Source: a virus (lineage: Duplodnaviria > Caudoviricetes). Taken from it: a stretch of DNA of 64,000 nt. Below are positions 1 through 8,706 of this stretch, in pieces; position 1 is the stretch's first letter; each line of letters starts with the position of its first letter. A program made the translations under genes and the position numbers. The notes under the pieces were generated by a model. It ran no database searches, was not told where the DNA came from, and was given only the letters and a program-made list of their open reading frames with translations. The stretch lies in the IMG/VR virus record IMGVR_UViG_3300029288_000134, positions 1 through 64,000 of that record; one strand, 5' to 3'.

Positions 1-1582
1 GAGCAATACCTTCGCAAGCATACACTTTGGCTGGCAACGGAGTAGTATTTGATATTTCGATAGTCAAAATGCCACGCCACATCGGCTCGCTAGGCGTGAT
101 ATTTACTATCATGCCACAATTCGATACAAATACACCAGACGCAAGGGCGAAATTCCCCGATTCTGGTACGGTTAAACAAAATGTATCATGCATTCCAGGT
201 AACTCTCTTACGGAGACTACTTTATGATTATTGGGTTGATTTTTCTTGAAATTATCGACTATTGTTGGGAATCTACGGAAGACGGAGCGATCACATCCTA
301 TTTCCTTTGCAGCGCCACGGATAGATCCTGTCTTGTTGAGCGCTTCTATAACTACCGACTCTGTAATTTCATGCCTTGTTCTTACTCGTCGGGCCACTTC
401 GGCCTGATTTGTCCTTCTATCCTGATCACCATCCCATGCCTTTTTCATCAATACTGACCATTCTACGTGCAAATCATCGTTATCTTTCCAACGAGATTGT
501 TGTGATATACTCATCGCTTGTCTCGTTTCGTAACTGATATGCTTCCTACTTTCAAGCAATGTTCTTCTTTGATCCGCGTATTTATCATCATTCCAGAAAG
601 ATAGTGCCAATCCACGCTGTCTTTCTTTGAATTCGTCATATTTCTTCTGATCGTTTCTGAGTCGTCGATAATATGCCTTTTTTCCAACAGAGTATATCAT
701 AGGGTCAATTTGAGCATTATGGAAACGTATATGATCACCGATGTCAACGCGAGTAATGTTTGTTGGTACGTTGTTTAGCTTGTTACCATCAATATGATGA
801 CGATGTTGCTTGTCTCTTGCGCTGTAAACATCATGTCTAATGTTCCAGTGATCGGATAGACTATGAGTCGCACGAAGCATTCCGGCACTTGGACTATAGG
901 GGTCGAGTAACATCTCGTATCCCCTAGAATAATATTTGTACAGAGGCATCAACGAATCACCTGAACATAACTCGCTAGCAGCGGTATACGTTCCATTGCG
1001 TAACATAAATTTGTGATCCGGTGTACATCTAACTGATTCTCCATTGTCCAATATCACTTCAACTATATTGTCGGTTGCGACAAATCTAGGTTGCTCAAAT
1101 TTCGTGACAGCAATATGGCCATCTAGTATTGTGTATCCCCAATAGTCAGAGTGTGGATCACTCGCCATTTCTTCTAGGGTTGGGCATGTACCATCAACTA
1201 ATGCTACCCTTGTATCACCCGTAAAGCATCTTGCATACGTTGACTTCCCAACACACAATGCGAGAATATCTCTTGGAATATTAAACGTTTCCATCGACTG
1301 AGCTAGGGCGAACGAGTTTGGTGGTATGATTATAGCATCATGCGGATTCACTTCAACGTCAACAAAACATCTCTGGTCAAAATTCTTTGGGTCAACGATT
1401 GGCATGAAAGTAGGCGTAAACACCTTGAACATTGTATCTACCCTAATATCATAGCCGTAGCTAGACAATCCGTATGATACAACGCCCTGTCCGTTTACTT
1501 CTTTTACTTGGTGTTCAATAAATGGTGTAATCATACCATATTCTAGGGCGCGTTCTTTAATTAAGCGATCACTTAATGGCAT
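1..1582 (-). CDS. dcd: dCTP deaminase with intein (3' end runs off the window)
   Basis: Not in the ORF track; translated by hand from ATG 1582. N-extein [21 protein letters not shown]...[13 protein letters not shown]...CVGKSTYAR; C-extein [39 protein letters not shown]. Together these give the classic Dcd GKSTYARCG motif. Confidence 0.93.
   Translation of the reverse strand, partial: MPLSDRLIKERALEYGMITPFIEHQVKEVNGQGVVSYGLSSYGYDIRVDTMFKVFTPTFMPIVDPKNFDQRCFVDVEVNPHDAIIIPPNSFALAQSMETFNIPRDILALCVGKSTYARCFTGDTRVALVDGTCPTLEEMASDPHSDYWGYTILDGHIAVTKFEQPRFVATDNIVEVILDNGESVRCTPDHKFMLRNGTYTAASELCSGDSLMPLYKYYSRGYEMLLDPYSPSAGMLRATHSLSDHWNIRHDVYSARDKQHRHHIDGNKLNNVPTNITRVDIGDHIRFHNAQIDPMIYSVGKKAYYRRLRNDQKKYDEFKERQRGLALSFWNDDKYADQRRTLLESRKHISYETRQAMSISQQSRWKDNDDLHVEWSVLMKKAWDGDQDRRTNQAEVARRVRTRHEITESVVIEALNKTGSIRGAAKEIGCDRSVFRRFPTIVDNFKKNQPNNHKVVSVRELPGMHDTFCLTVPESGNFALASGVFVSNCGMIVNITPSEPMWRGILTIEISNTTPLPAKVYACEGIA
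119..1228 (-). mobile_element. Intein (370 aa) with HNH-type endonuclease, inside dcd
   Basis: Starts [13 protein letters not shown], has block [10 protein letters not shown] and HNH-like [16 protein letters not shown], ends FCLTV...[12 protein letters not shown] followed by +1 Cys. Confidence 0.9.
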
Positions 1583-1593
1583 TTTATCTCCTT

Positions 1594-2373
1594 TTACCTT
1601 ACTACTCTTTCATTCATGAGTGGCTTTCTATTTGTGTCGATTTGATAACCATCAGTCTCGGGCCACTTATTCCATACTGGTTCTTCGCACTTCAGGTAAC
1701 GCCCATCTACCTTTCCTGGCTTAACATACTTAGCCAGGAAATCTACCTTTCTTGTAACGATACCATTTTTAGTGTAGTCTCTTTCAACCCTCCATACTGC
1801 GCCCTCAACTGGATCAATCGCGCCGTGATGACCATACGTGCCAAGTATATCCATTGCATATTGAATACTTATGGGATCTCCAAAGTGCAATAGGGTGGGT
1901 GTGGCAAAACAGCCACAAGCAACTCTGGGTATAAAATCTCGTACCGGCAACCGCTCTTGCCCTCTCATAATGTCAAATGCCACGAACGGTTCATGTTTAA
2001 GATCGTAGCGCGTACCGTGCGCCAAGATTAGCCATTCACCAACAAGGCGCTCTCCCTCGTTTAGTACATCAAAAAACCGATCCTGATTCCAGTTTACCCA
2101 CTCGGCGAACAGGTTGTGTTGAACAAATGACGAACTAGCTGCTGGCCAACCACGTCTCGTTACAGGGACTATTGCACCATTTAGTCTAATACATCCAACG
2201 TTAGCGCCGTCTAGCTTTTCTTGCACATAGATTGTGTCGTGTTTATCTCTAGCTTTCTCTGTGCAGATCGCTACTTGTCCCGGATGGCAAGTGCGATCCA
2301 TATATCCAGTTCTGGATCCTGTCAGGTGAGGTATTGATCCATAGTTTTTTGAGTTAATCGGTTTTGGTTGCAT
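1594..2373 (-). CDS. ATP-dependent RNA ligase family protein (Rnl2-like nucleotidyltransferase)
   Basis: Motif I EKLDGAN, III GEWL, IIIa [19 protein letters not shown]. Confidence 0.8.
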   Translation of the reverse strand: MQPKPINSKNYGSIPHLTGSRTGYMDRTCHPGQVAICTEKARDKHDTIYVQEKLDGANVGCIRLNGAIVPVTRRGWPAASSSFVQHNLFAEWVNWNQDRFFDVLNEGERLVGEWLILAHGTRYDLKHEPFVAFDIMRGQERLPVRDFIPRVACGCFATPTLLHFGDPISIQYAMDILGTYGHHGAIDPVEGAVWRVERDYTKNGIVTRKVDFLAKYVKPGKVDGRYLKCEEPVWNKWPETDGYQIDTNRKPLMNERVVR

Positions 2374-2572
2374 TTCTTTCCTCAGCTATCCGTCTTGCTT
2401 CTACTGGATCAGGATGACATATATCACAGATATATCCACCCGTAGGTCTTTTTCTCCACGCAACTCTTTTACAGGCCCAACACTGGTTCGTCGGCATCGG
2501 ACCCCACGTTGGTATCTGGTATACTATCTCCCAAGCTTGTTCCTTCTGCTTTCTCTGCTTCTTTTTTTGCAC
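2354..2572 (-). CDS. Small Zn-ribbon protein
   Basis: CWAC...CDICHP; the true start may be the downstream MPTNQ. Confidence 0.45.
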   Translation of the reverse strand: MQKKKQRKQKEQAWEIVYQIPTWGPMPTNQCWACKRVAWRKRPTGGYICDICHPDPVEARRIAEERNATKTD

Positions 2573-3038
2573 GTCTTTCTATCGCTTTCTTCAGATCCTG
2601 GTCTGCCAGCGGTCTAAAACAAGTCCCGAACTGTTCTGCACATGCCTTAAAGCAATCAGTCTTAGTAGCTTTCTCAGCAGTCTCCCATGTATCAGCAGAA
2701 ACATCATCCAGGGTTGTTCCATTTTTAGGTATACGCACAGGCCATATTCCAATATCCTCGCGTACCGATACACTGCCATCTGCAAACGTAATGGTTAGTC
2801 TTCCAATTGCTCTAACGTAAGCAAGTTTTGGTGAGCGCTCTTCTATCTCGAATCGTTGAAGCTCAAATGACCACTTGTCAGGCCCTATAATCCTATTCAA
2901 CTGCCATGTTGCGTAATCCCCCGACGTAAAGTCTCCCTTCACCCCCGACACATTCTTCACTGCCCATGTATGAGGTAGTCTCCGTAGCTCCGCTATCTGC
3001 CACTCTAATTTCTCTTCCGTCGTCTTTGGTTGCCCCAT
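2469..3038 (-). CDS. Rad52/Rad22 (Sak-like) ssDNA annealing protein, copy 1
   Basis: WQLNRIIGPDKWSFE...RAIGRLTI...REDIG...AEKATKTDCFKACAEQFG; SD AGGAG upstream. Confidence 0.75.
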   Translation of the reverse strand: MGQPKTTEEKLEWQIAELRRLPHTWAVKNVSGVKGDFTSGDYATWQLNRIIGPDKWSFELQRFEIEERSPKLAYVRAIGRLTITFADGSVSVREDIGIWPVRIPKNGTTLDDVSADTWETAEKATKTDCFKACAEQFGTCFRPLADQDLKKAIERRAKKEAEKAEGTSLGDSIPDTNVGSDADEPVLGL

Positions 3039-3453
3039 AGCCTTCTCCTATTAGTTGTTCTGCCAGTTTCATTCTGCGATTGTGAAGATCCTTGAAATAC
3101 TTAGCCGCGCCTTTATCTGACCTTCGAAATGCAGCAGCATTAGTTTCCAGTCTTACATGATAGTCTTTTATCTTATCTTTCTCTTCAACAACTTCACCTA
3201 GAGCTAGTTTTTCCTTGGCAGTATTCAGTTTTATAGTACCATCTTTTACTTGTTCGATCACGTTACACGGAACAGACCATACCCATCCAGTTTTGCTATA
3301 CACATATTCAATCTTTACTGCATTAACTTTGCCGCTCTTGCAAAAATGACTTGCTTGATGCTTACTTAAACCACAGAGCCTTGCGAACTCGCCTGTTCCA
3401 ATGTATCCTTGTGGATGTTCGGGACTTGGGATATTCGACTTGCCCGTTCCCAT
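2893..3453 (-). CDS. HTH (excisionase/MerR-like) DNA-binding protein
   Basis: YIGTGEFARLCGLSKHQASHFCKSGKVNAVK; the C-terminus overlaps the next gene. Confidence 0.5.
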   Translation of the reverse strand: MGTGKSNIPSPEHPQGYIGTGEFARLCGLSKHQASHFCKSGKVNAVKIEYVYSKTGWVWSVPCNVIEQVKDGTIKLNTAKEKLALGEVVEEKDKIKDYHVRLETNAAAFRRSDKGAAKYFKDLHNRRMKLAEQLIGEGYGATKDDGREIRVADSGATETTSYMGSEECVGGEGRLYVGGLRNMAVE

Positions 3454-4070
3454 CTCTTGCTACCCCTTTCTATTCTTTTGTCGTCTGGATCAACAGTAAT
3501 GAAGTGTCTATCACTGCGACTACAAGCTACCGCAACCATTCCTCTATCAGTAAATGGATTTAGTATCAATTCCTTCGGTTTCGAAAACGCCTTAATGAGA
3601 TTTACTGTTGCTCTGAATGATGAGTAAGGTCGTTGTCCATCGGCCACTTGCATACCCTTGCGCCATTTCTTGTCTACCAACGGACCCCATAAATCATGAA
3701 TGTAATGCTCTCGGAACAACTCTCTTACCATTGGACCCTTAGAATACCATAGCCATACCACATAATGTCGTATTAATTTCTTGGCTTCATTCTTTATATA
3801 GTTAGGTATCAGTTGGATCAACGGCCACTGAAAGTAGACTTCTGAGCTAGCCAGGTTCTTAGTAGCTACTGGTATAGCACCAGGATTACATCTGACAAGC
3901 AATGTTCCGTATTCTCCGAGTACGCAACTTGCAGTAAGCGCGAGAGTTTGATAATCTTTTGGTGCAAGGTTAGTCCTATCGCTCATGACCAAGTGTACGC
4001 TATTCTCGGGGACCAACTTAGTCATCTCGAAAACATCGCCGCACCAAAATTTATCAACGTAGTTTTGCAT
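3366..4070 (-). CDS. Beta-class N4/N6 DNA methyltransferase homologue with degenerate motifs
   Basis: CGDVFEMTKLVPENSVHLVMSDRTN (DPPY position) and ELILNPFTDRG...RHFITVD (DPFxGSG position); likely ATG at 4070. Confidence 0.65.
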   Translation of the reverse strand: MQNYVDKFWCGDVFEMTKLVPENSVHLVMSDRTNLAPKDYQTLALTASCVLGEYGTLLVRCNPGAIPVATKNLASSEVYFQWPLIQLIPNYIKNEAKKLIRHYVVWLWYSKGPMVRELFREHYIHDLWGPLVDKKWRKGMQVADGQRPYSSFRATVNLIKAFSKPKELILNPFTDRGMVAVACSRSDRHFITVDPDDKRIERGSKRWERASRISQVPNIHKDTLEQASSQGSVV

Positions 4071-4401
4071 CCAGTTTATCCAATGCGTGAAAAATATCAT
4101 TAACCAAACCATACTCTTCTGCTATCCGGTTCAGGGTTAGAGCTATCATTGCTCGTGTAGTCTTACTGCTCCCAATTCTTATATTCTTAATACCTGAATA
4201 CGCATTTTCATCTTCGTATTCGGCAAGAATAGCAACCAAGATCATAGATATGTCGTACATATTTGACATTAGTCTGGACACTTCGGTAATGATTTGACCA
4301 AGTACCTCAGCTTGTCCATCTGGCATACTGTCAAAGACTTCCTTACTTCTTTTTATTGCGTCGCCCTCATTCAAAATTGCGTCCAGTAACGGGTTACTCA
4401 T
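4054..4401 (-). CDS. Hypothetical protein
   Basis: SD GGAGAGG before ATG 4401; coupled to its neighbours. Confidence 0.6.
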   Translation of the reverse strand: MSNPLLDAILNEGDAIKRSKEVFDSMPDGQAEVLGQIITEVSRLMSNMYDISMILVAILAEYEDENAYSGIKNIRIGSSKTTRAMIALTLNRIAEEYGLVNDIFHALDKLDAKLR

Positions 4402-4735
4402 TGACCTCTCCTTTTTGATCGAATGGATTTTGGGTTGCATCAATTAATTCTGCGAGTGTATTCATAAACGACTCGCGTTCCGTGCTACTGATTGGAACCT
4501 CTGTATCAATTGACCTACCAAGTATAGCGGCTATGGTACGGGTCAACATGATTAATCCAGCATTAGCTCGTAGCACATCAATGATCCCCTGTCTGATGGC
4601 AGGGTGTGCTAAAAACTCTGGATGATTAATGTCACGGATCACTTCTTCGCTATCTTGGTTTCTCATCTCTTCTACCTTTTCTAAAAGTAAATCGAAATCA
4701 ATTGACCCATCCGGTAGTGGTCCTAAATCATTCAT
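4394..4735 (-). CDS. Hypothetical protein
   Basis: ATGA overlap with the rep gene stop. Confidence 0.6.
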   Translation of the reverse strand: MNDLGPLPDGSIDFDLLLEKVEEMRNQDSEEVIRDINHPEFLAHPAIRQGIIDVLRANAGLIMLTRTIAAILGRSIDTEVPISSTERESFMNTLAELIDATQNPFDQKGEVNE

Positions 4736-6147
4736 TTGTTTTCCTTTCGTTGATATTTTTTGTTGATTAGTTCCTCGTTGTATGCGAGCAATTCTGCTTC
4801 TTCCTGTAGTTTCCTGTTTCGTTCACACCCCTCTCTAATTTTTACCCATGCATCATTAAGCATAAGATTCCTGAATATATATATCTTTTGATCTTTGAAA
4901 TTGTTATTCTGGAAAGCATAATGCACAATTTCCATCAGTTGTTCTTGCGTGGGCTTATCCCCTTTAAGAATATTCATAAACTCATCAATAGCTTTTTGTG
5001 CATGTTTAAGGTAGGGACTCTTATTTGACTTGACCGTATCATACTGAGGGTTTGCTTTCAAGTAATACCACGCAGCTAATTCAGCGGGCTTACCTGGAAT
5101 AGACGGATCGGACACCGCAGCGTTACCAACGCCATCATACTCCCTCAAAGCAGTCTTAATTCTATCCTTATGCTGTGCTGATATACTAGGATCAGTGTGT
5201 TTTTTTATGTCAAGCCCCGGAACATTATTGGTTCCCCTGTTTGGTTCAACTTTCTGTTGTTTACTTCCATTGTTACTTTTTCCAGTTTCACCATGCTCGG
5301 AAAGGGTGTCTATCTCATGGTCATCACTTGCATAGCTCATGCTGTCTTTTTCATTGTCATTGTGCTCTGAATGAATGTCATTAGGTGATTCTATTGCATC
5401 CCATAATTCTTTTTCTAGTTGATTATTTTCATCCGCGTAAGCGGAATTACTGTCACTTGTGGCATAGCTTGAATTTGGGAAATTTTCGAAAGTTTGTTTA
5501 ATGTTTGTTTTAAGTTTGTTTTGTGTGTCAGTCCGACTGACCACCTGCGGTAAGTCCGACTGACCACCTGCGGTCAGTCCGACTGACCACCTAGTTATTT
5601 CTGTAGGTGGTAAGTCCGACTGACCACCTACATTGTTGAGTATATTACGCGCCTTAGTCGTTCTTTTTTTATCAGATTTCTTTGATTCTGATTTACGTTG
5701 GACAAGACCATGTATGTCTATTGACTCTTTGTCGATGTTTAATTCGTATTCTTGACCATCATTTGTTGGGTCTCCTATCTTGGATATGATATTGAATTTG
5801 TTAAGCGAGTTTAGTGCATTGATCACGGCGGGACGCGATAAACCAGTTCCTCTACTGAGTAAGCGTCCATCTTTCTTGGATCGAATTCCATTACATATTT
5901 GAGATATACTTACTCGATCTCTTTTAGATACGCGATTTGATTCAAACCCCAAGATGCGTCTGATTACAAAGTCTAATACTACGTATTCTTCTGTGGTAAG
6001 CCAATAGCATAGCTCGTCTGAGTAAAAGTTTGGTTTCTGGTATGAATTAGGTATTATTGTATTGCTTGTTTCGTGAAGTAGTTCCATCTTGTATTTCTGC
6101 CTAGATCTGTCTCTGCTTTTTTCCGCCAAGAGATCTAGTCGTCCCAA
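4732..6147 (-). CDS. Phage replication initiator (N-terminal wHTH, lambda O-like layout); likely start 6087
   Basis: PNSYQKPNFYSDEL...EYVVLDFVIRRILGF...ISQICNG...GTGLSRPAVINALNSL; direct repeats lie mid-gene. Confidence 0.7.
   Translation of the reverse strand: MGRLDLLAEKSRDRSRQKYKMELLHETSNTIIPNSYQKPNFYSDELCYWLTTEEYVVLDFVIRRILGFESNRVSKRDRVSISQICNGIRSKKDGRLLSRGTGLSRPAVINALNSLNKFNIISKIGDPTNDGQEYELNIDKESIDIHGLVQRKSESKKSDKKRTTKARNILNNVGGQSDLPPTEITRWSVGLTAGGQSDLPQVVSRTDTQNKLKTNIKQTFENFPNSSYATSDSNSAYADENNQLEKELWDAIESPNDIHSEHNDNEKDSMSYASDDHEIDTLSEHGETGKSNNGSKQQKVEPNRGTNNVPGLDIKKHTDPSISAQHKDRIKTALREYDGVGNAAVSDPSIPGKPAELAAWYYLKANPQYDTVKSNKSPYLKHAQKAIDEFMNILKGDKPTQEQLMEIVHYAFQNNNFKDQKIYIFRNLMLNDAWVKIREGCERNRKLQEEAELLAYNEELINKKYQRKENK
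5530..5629. repeat. Four copies of AGTCCGACTGACCACCT (iteron-like; putative origin)
   Basis: Copies start at 5530, 5553, 5576 and 5613 (spacing 23, 23, 37); an A/T-rich tract lies immediately to the left. Confidence 0.8.
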
Positions 6148-6165
6148 TTGAAATTGTATCCATCA

Positions 6166-6336
6166 TTATACACGTCCTTTTTCTAGCATTTCCTTTTCCC
6201 ATTTATCAATTTGCTCTTGCATGACACGTTCCATCTCTTTCTTGCCGCTCGATCCAATCTTGAGACTCCATCCCCGAAACGTATTCCATAGTTCTCGATC
6301 AAGTACAATTGATGCTTTCAAATCCGTGGTTTTCAT
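6166..6336 (-). CDS. Small ribbon-helix-helix-like DNA-binding protein (56 aa)
   Basis: MKTTDLKASIVLDRELWNTFRGWSLKIGSSGKKEMERVMQEQIDKWEKEMLEKGRV; SD and promoter directly upstream. Confidence 0.6.
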   Translation of the reverse strand: MKTTDLKASIVLDRELWNTFRGWSLKIGSSGKKEMERVMQEQIDKWEKEMLEKGRV

Positions 6337-6359
6337 AATTTTTTTTTCTCCTTAATAGA

Positions 6360-6388
6360 ATTATACAGCATTTTGCTGTTTAAGTCAA
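6360..6388 (-). promoter_or_regulatory. Sigma70-type promoter
   Basis: TTGACT-17-TATAAT. Confidence 0.8.
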
Positions 6389-6401
6389 GTGAACCGCAAA
6401 G

Positions 6402-6432
6402 AAAAATCCCTCAACCTTTTACAGTTGAGGGA
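6402..6432 (-). terminator. Intrinsic terminator
   Basis: 9-bp stem TCCCTCAAC/GTTGAGGGA followed by a T-run on the minus strand. Confidence 0.7.
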
Positions 6433-6453
6433 ATGTTATCAAGTATTCAATTG

Positions 6454-6834
6454 TTAATCTAGATCCCCGTTTGTCTTACTGATAAGCGCGGTTTCGAGTC
6501 TAGCTTGGATTTTCATTACAGAAAACTGGCTAGACAGGAACGTCTCTTCAATGAGAGCTTTTGACAGTTGAGATTTATAACTATCAATACCCTCTTGCTT
6601 CTTGCAATACGTTTCATTGTCTAAGATTAATTCCCTGAGCAATGTTGCCCTACCCTTATCGTTTTTACCCTCATCGTTGGCACGCTTTTCCATAGGCAAG
6701 CTGATAATATCTAGCTCTTGTTCCTCGCGATAGATAGTCTCTTTGAGAAACGATACAGCGAGTTGGGCTTTCTTGATCTTCTCGGGCATAACCTTCATTT
6801 CTTCGAGCATTGCGGCGATCTGATTTTTGTCCAT
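6454..6834 (-). CDS. Hypothetical coiled-coil protein
   Basis: SD GGAGATCAATC-ATG; helical, charged sequence. Confidence 0.65.
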   Translation of the reverse strand: MDKNQIAAMLEEMKVMPEKIKKAQLAVSFLKETIYREEQELDIISLPMEKRANDEGKNDKGRATLLRELILDNETYCKKQEGIDSYKSQLSKALIEETFLSSQFSVMKIQARLETALISKTNGDLD

Positions 6835-6852
6835 GATTGATCTCCTTGTATT

Positions 6853-6939
6853 TTATAGACTAGCAATTATTGCGCCGACTATGACCCCTGCTAGGAATGT
6901 GACTAGATACTGTATCATGGTCAAAGCTATTGTATCCAT
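6853..6939 (-). CDS. Small single-TM peptide (28 aa)
   Basis: MDTIALTMIQYLVTFLAGVIVGAIIASL; same GGAGATCAATCATGGA start context as the next gene. Confidence 0.55.
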   Translation of the reverse strand: MDTIALTMIQYLVTFLAGVIVGAIIASL

Positions 6940-6950
6940 GATTGATCTCC

Positions 6951-7052
6951 CTAACCAAAAAGTTCTCTGATGATCATCATTGCAATGGTTCCGACTGTAA
7001 ACCCTGCACAAAGTCCAAACAACGCCATGAAAATAACGGAATCACTCACCAT
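6951..7052 (-). CDS. Small single-TM peptide (33 aa)
   Basis: MVSDSVIFMALFGLCAGFTVGTIAMMIIRELFG; SD AGGAGG. Confidence 0.55.
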   Translation of the reverse strand: MVSDSVIFMALFGLCAGFTVGTIAMMIIRELFG

Positions 7053-7084
7053 GTTACCCTCCTTTTGAGCAAAAGACTTATGAA

Positions 7085-7335
7085 TCCCTAATCACTAGGC
7101 AGCACCTTTATATTCTTTTGTAGGTGTCGTATTTAGTTGTATACATAGCTTCGCAATCCCGCAGATTTCAAGCCTGACGCTTAAAATATTTGGATAAGCA
7201 GGGTGCTGCCTAGTGATTAGGGAGTGATCCGCTATAGATAGAGTCTGCTTCCGAAAACAGAAAAGGATAAACAGAAAAGGAGATTACCATGACATACGCA
7301 AAACGGAACGCAGACCCTAGCCATAGCGGATCACT
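7085..7335. repeat. Two adjacent long inverted repeats
   Basis: 22-bp perfect IR TCCCTAATCACTAGGCAGCACC at 7085-7106 / 7202-7223. Second IR GTGATCCGCTAT near 7224-7235 / 7323-7334, extended inward by GTCTGC and TTCCG pairings. Confidence 0.8.
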
Positions 7336-7346
7336 GATATTAAGTT

Positions 7347-8096
7347 TTAGTTCTTCTTCATCCAGGCGAGCAAGGCGTCTCGCGCTTCTTTTACAGTGCC
7401 TTGATACAGTGCAAGATCGTTTACCTTCAGTGCTTCGAGCATACGTTCCTTAGTAAGCTCCTGTCCCTTAGCGGTATATTGACGCTTTCGCCAATCTTCC
7501 AACTTCGTTCCATCAGGACCGTCACTCCAATGTTCGTGAATCTTGACCTTAACTTCTTGTCCGGTAACTTGTTCTACCATAGACTGAAGATTCTCTAGAG
7601 ATTCGGCCTCGGTTCGTGGCGCATCATATAAGTCCAGGGCAATGCCCAGTAAGGACGCGCATTTGCGAAGTGCGTCACTGGCCGCGCTCTTAAAGGTATC
7701 ACCCATGCCCATGTCTGACTTGATAGCCTGTGACCCGAATTGTTCCTTGGTGATAATGGTGCTAGTTGTGTTGTTGATGACAACACGTAACCTGCCGAGC
7801 ACGACAACCTCACTTGGTAGATTTTGATCATGATGGTCAACAATTTCGTGAGACGCAATCTCAAATGACCAATGCAGTCCCAATATTTGATTTAGTTTCT
7901 GTGTGATATAGGAATGTGGTACATATGACAACTCTACACCGCTATGGGTTTTGCGTTTCTTGATCGACTCCTGTGGAGTTGGCTGAGACAGCATCTCCAT
8001 TAACGATGTCTCCATTTCGCTTAGGAGACTCGAATAGGTTTGCGACGGCGACGAGGAATTCTGATTCGTCGTCTCGGGATTGTTTTCTGTTTCCAT
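7347..8096 (-). CDS. Rad52/Rad22 (Sak-like) ssDNA annealing protein, copy 2
   Basis: IKKRKTHSGVELSYVPHSYITQKLNQILGLHWSFEI...VVVLGRL...KEQFG...KSAASDALRKCASLLGIALDLY. Confidence 0.85.
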   Translation of the reverse strand: METENNPETTNQNSSSPSQTYSSLLSEMETSLMEMLSQPTPQESIKKRKTHSGVELSYVPHSYITQKLNQILGLHWSFEIASHEIVDHHDQNLPSEVVVLGRLRVVINNTTSTIITKEQFGSQAIKSDMGMGDTFKSAASDALRKCASLLGIALDLYDAPRTEAESLENLQSMVEQVTGQEVKVKIHEHWSDGPDGTKLEDWRKRQYTAKGQELTKERMLEALKVNDLALYQGTVKEARDALLAWMKKN

Positions 8097-8319
8097 CCGG
8101 TAATCCTTTCTTTCTTATACTGTGTCGATACAATCTTTGCGCCGCTCGTTCTCGCCTGAGATCGTCCCAGTCTTTTTCCAGCGATACAGTTAGAGCGGCA
8201 ATCATATTGCTTTTATGCTCCGATACACCGGGAGTATTGTACCATTTGAATCTTTCGTTTGCTCTTTTGTTTATTCTTTCGAGTAGCATTTTACTATTTG
8301 GAGGATTTTCTTTTGCCAT
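7942..8319 (-). CDS. Hypothetical protein (first gene after promoter 8341)
   Basis: SD AAGGA and promoter upstream; long overlap with the next gene. Confidence 0.4.
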   Translation of the reverse strand: MAKENPPNSKMLLERINKRANERFKWYNTPGVSEHKSNMIAALTVSLEKDWDDLRRERAAQRLYRHSIRKKGLPDGNRKQSRDDESEFLVAVANLFESPKRNGDIVNGDAVSANSTGVDQETQNP

Positions 8320-8340
8320 ACGTTGTCCTTATCTTATAGT

Positions 8341-8369
8341 ATTATACCATACTTATTAAGATAAGTCAA
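8341..8369 (-). promoter_or_regulatory. Sigma70-type promoter (leftward of a divergent pair)
   Basis: TTGACT-17-TATAAT with extended -10 TGG. Confidence 0.85.
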
Positions 8370-8380
8370 GCGCGGTTCAC

Positions 8381-8409
8381 TTGACAAATTTAATACAGTG
8401 TAGTATACT
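8381..8409 (+). promoter_or_regulatory. Sigma70-type promoter (rightward)
   Basis: TTGACA-17-TATACT. Confidence 0.8.
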
Positions 8410-8452
8410 ACTTAGTATTATTAATAATAATTGAAGGGAGTATACAATAATA

Positions 8453-8650
8453 ATGTCTCGTCCACGCAATAACTCTATTACCGTTACCACTGTTCGCATC
8501 GGAAAAGATGCGCGTGACATGGTACTTTTCATGGTAAGCGCTCTTGGGTTTAGCACTAGCCAGGAGTATCTAGACGATCTAGTGTCACGTGACTTCAAGG
8601 AACGTACAGGAAAAGACACCGTAGGTGCCTTGGTGAATAAACTAGAGTAA
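8453..8650 (+). CDS. Small RHH-like regulator
   Basis: Alternating beta-strand TVTTVRI followed by two helices; own promoter and SD GGGAG. Confidence 0.55.
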   Translation: MSRPRNNSITVTTVRIGKDARDMVLFMVSALGFSTSQEYLDDLVSRDFKERTGKDTVGALVNKLE

Positions 8651-8694
8651 CAGAATGTACCATGTGTACATATTGATCACATGGTACATTCTGT
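8650..8694. terminator. Perfect 17-bp inverted repeat between convergent genes
   Basis: ACAGAATGTACCATGTG-11nt-CACATGGTACATTCTGT. Confidence 0.7.
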
Positions 8695-8706
8695 ACAATT
8701 ATATAG

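Noticed and set aside
2354-3453. Long gene overlaps (100-150 nt) as overprinted genes
   Set aside because: More simply explained by downstream true starts or run-on C-termini; no independent evidence of dual function.
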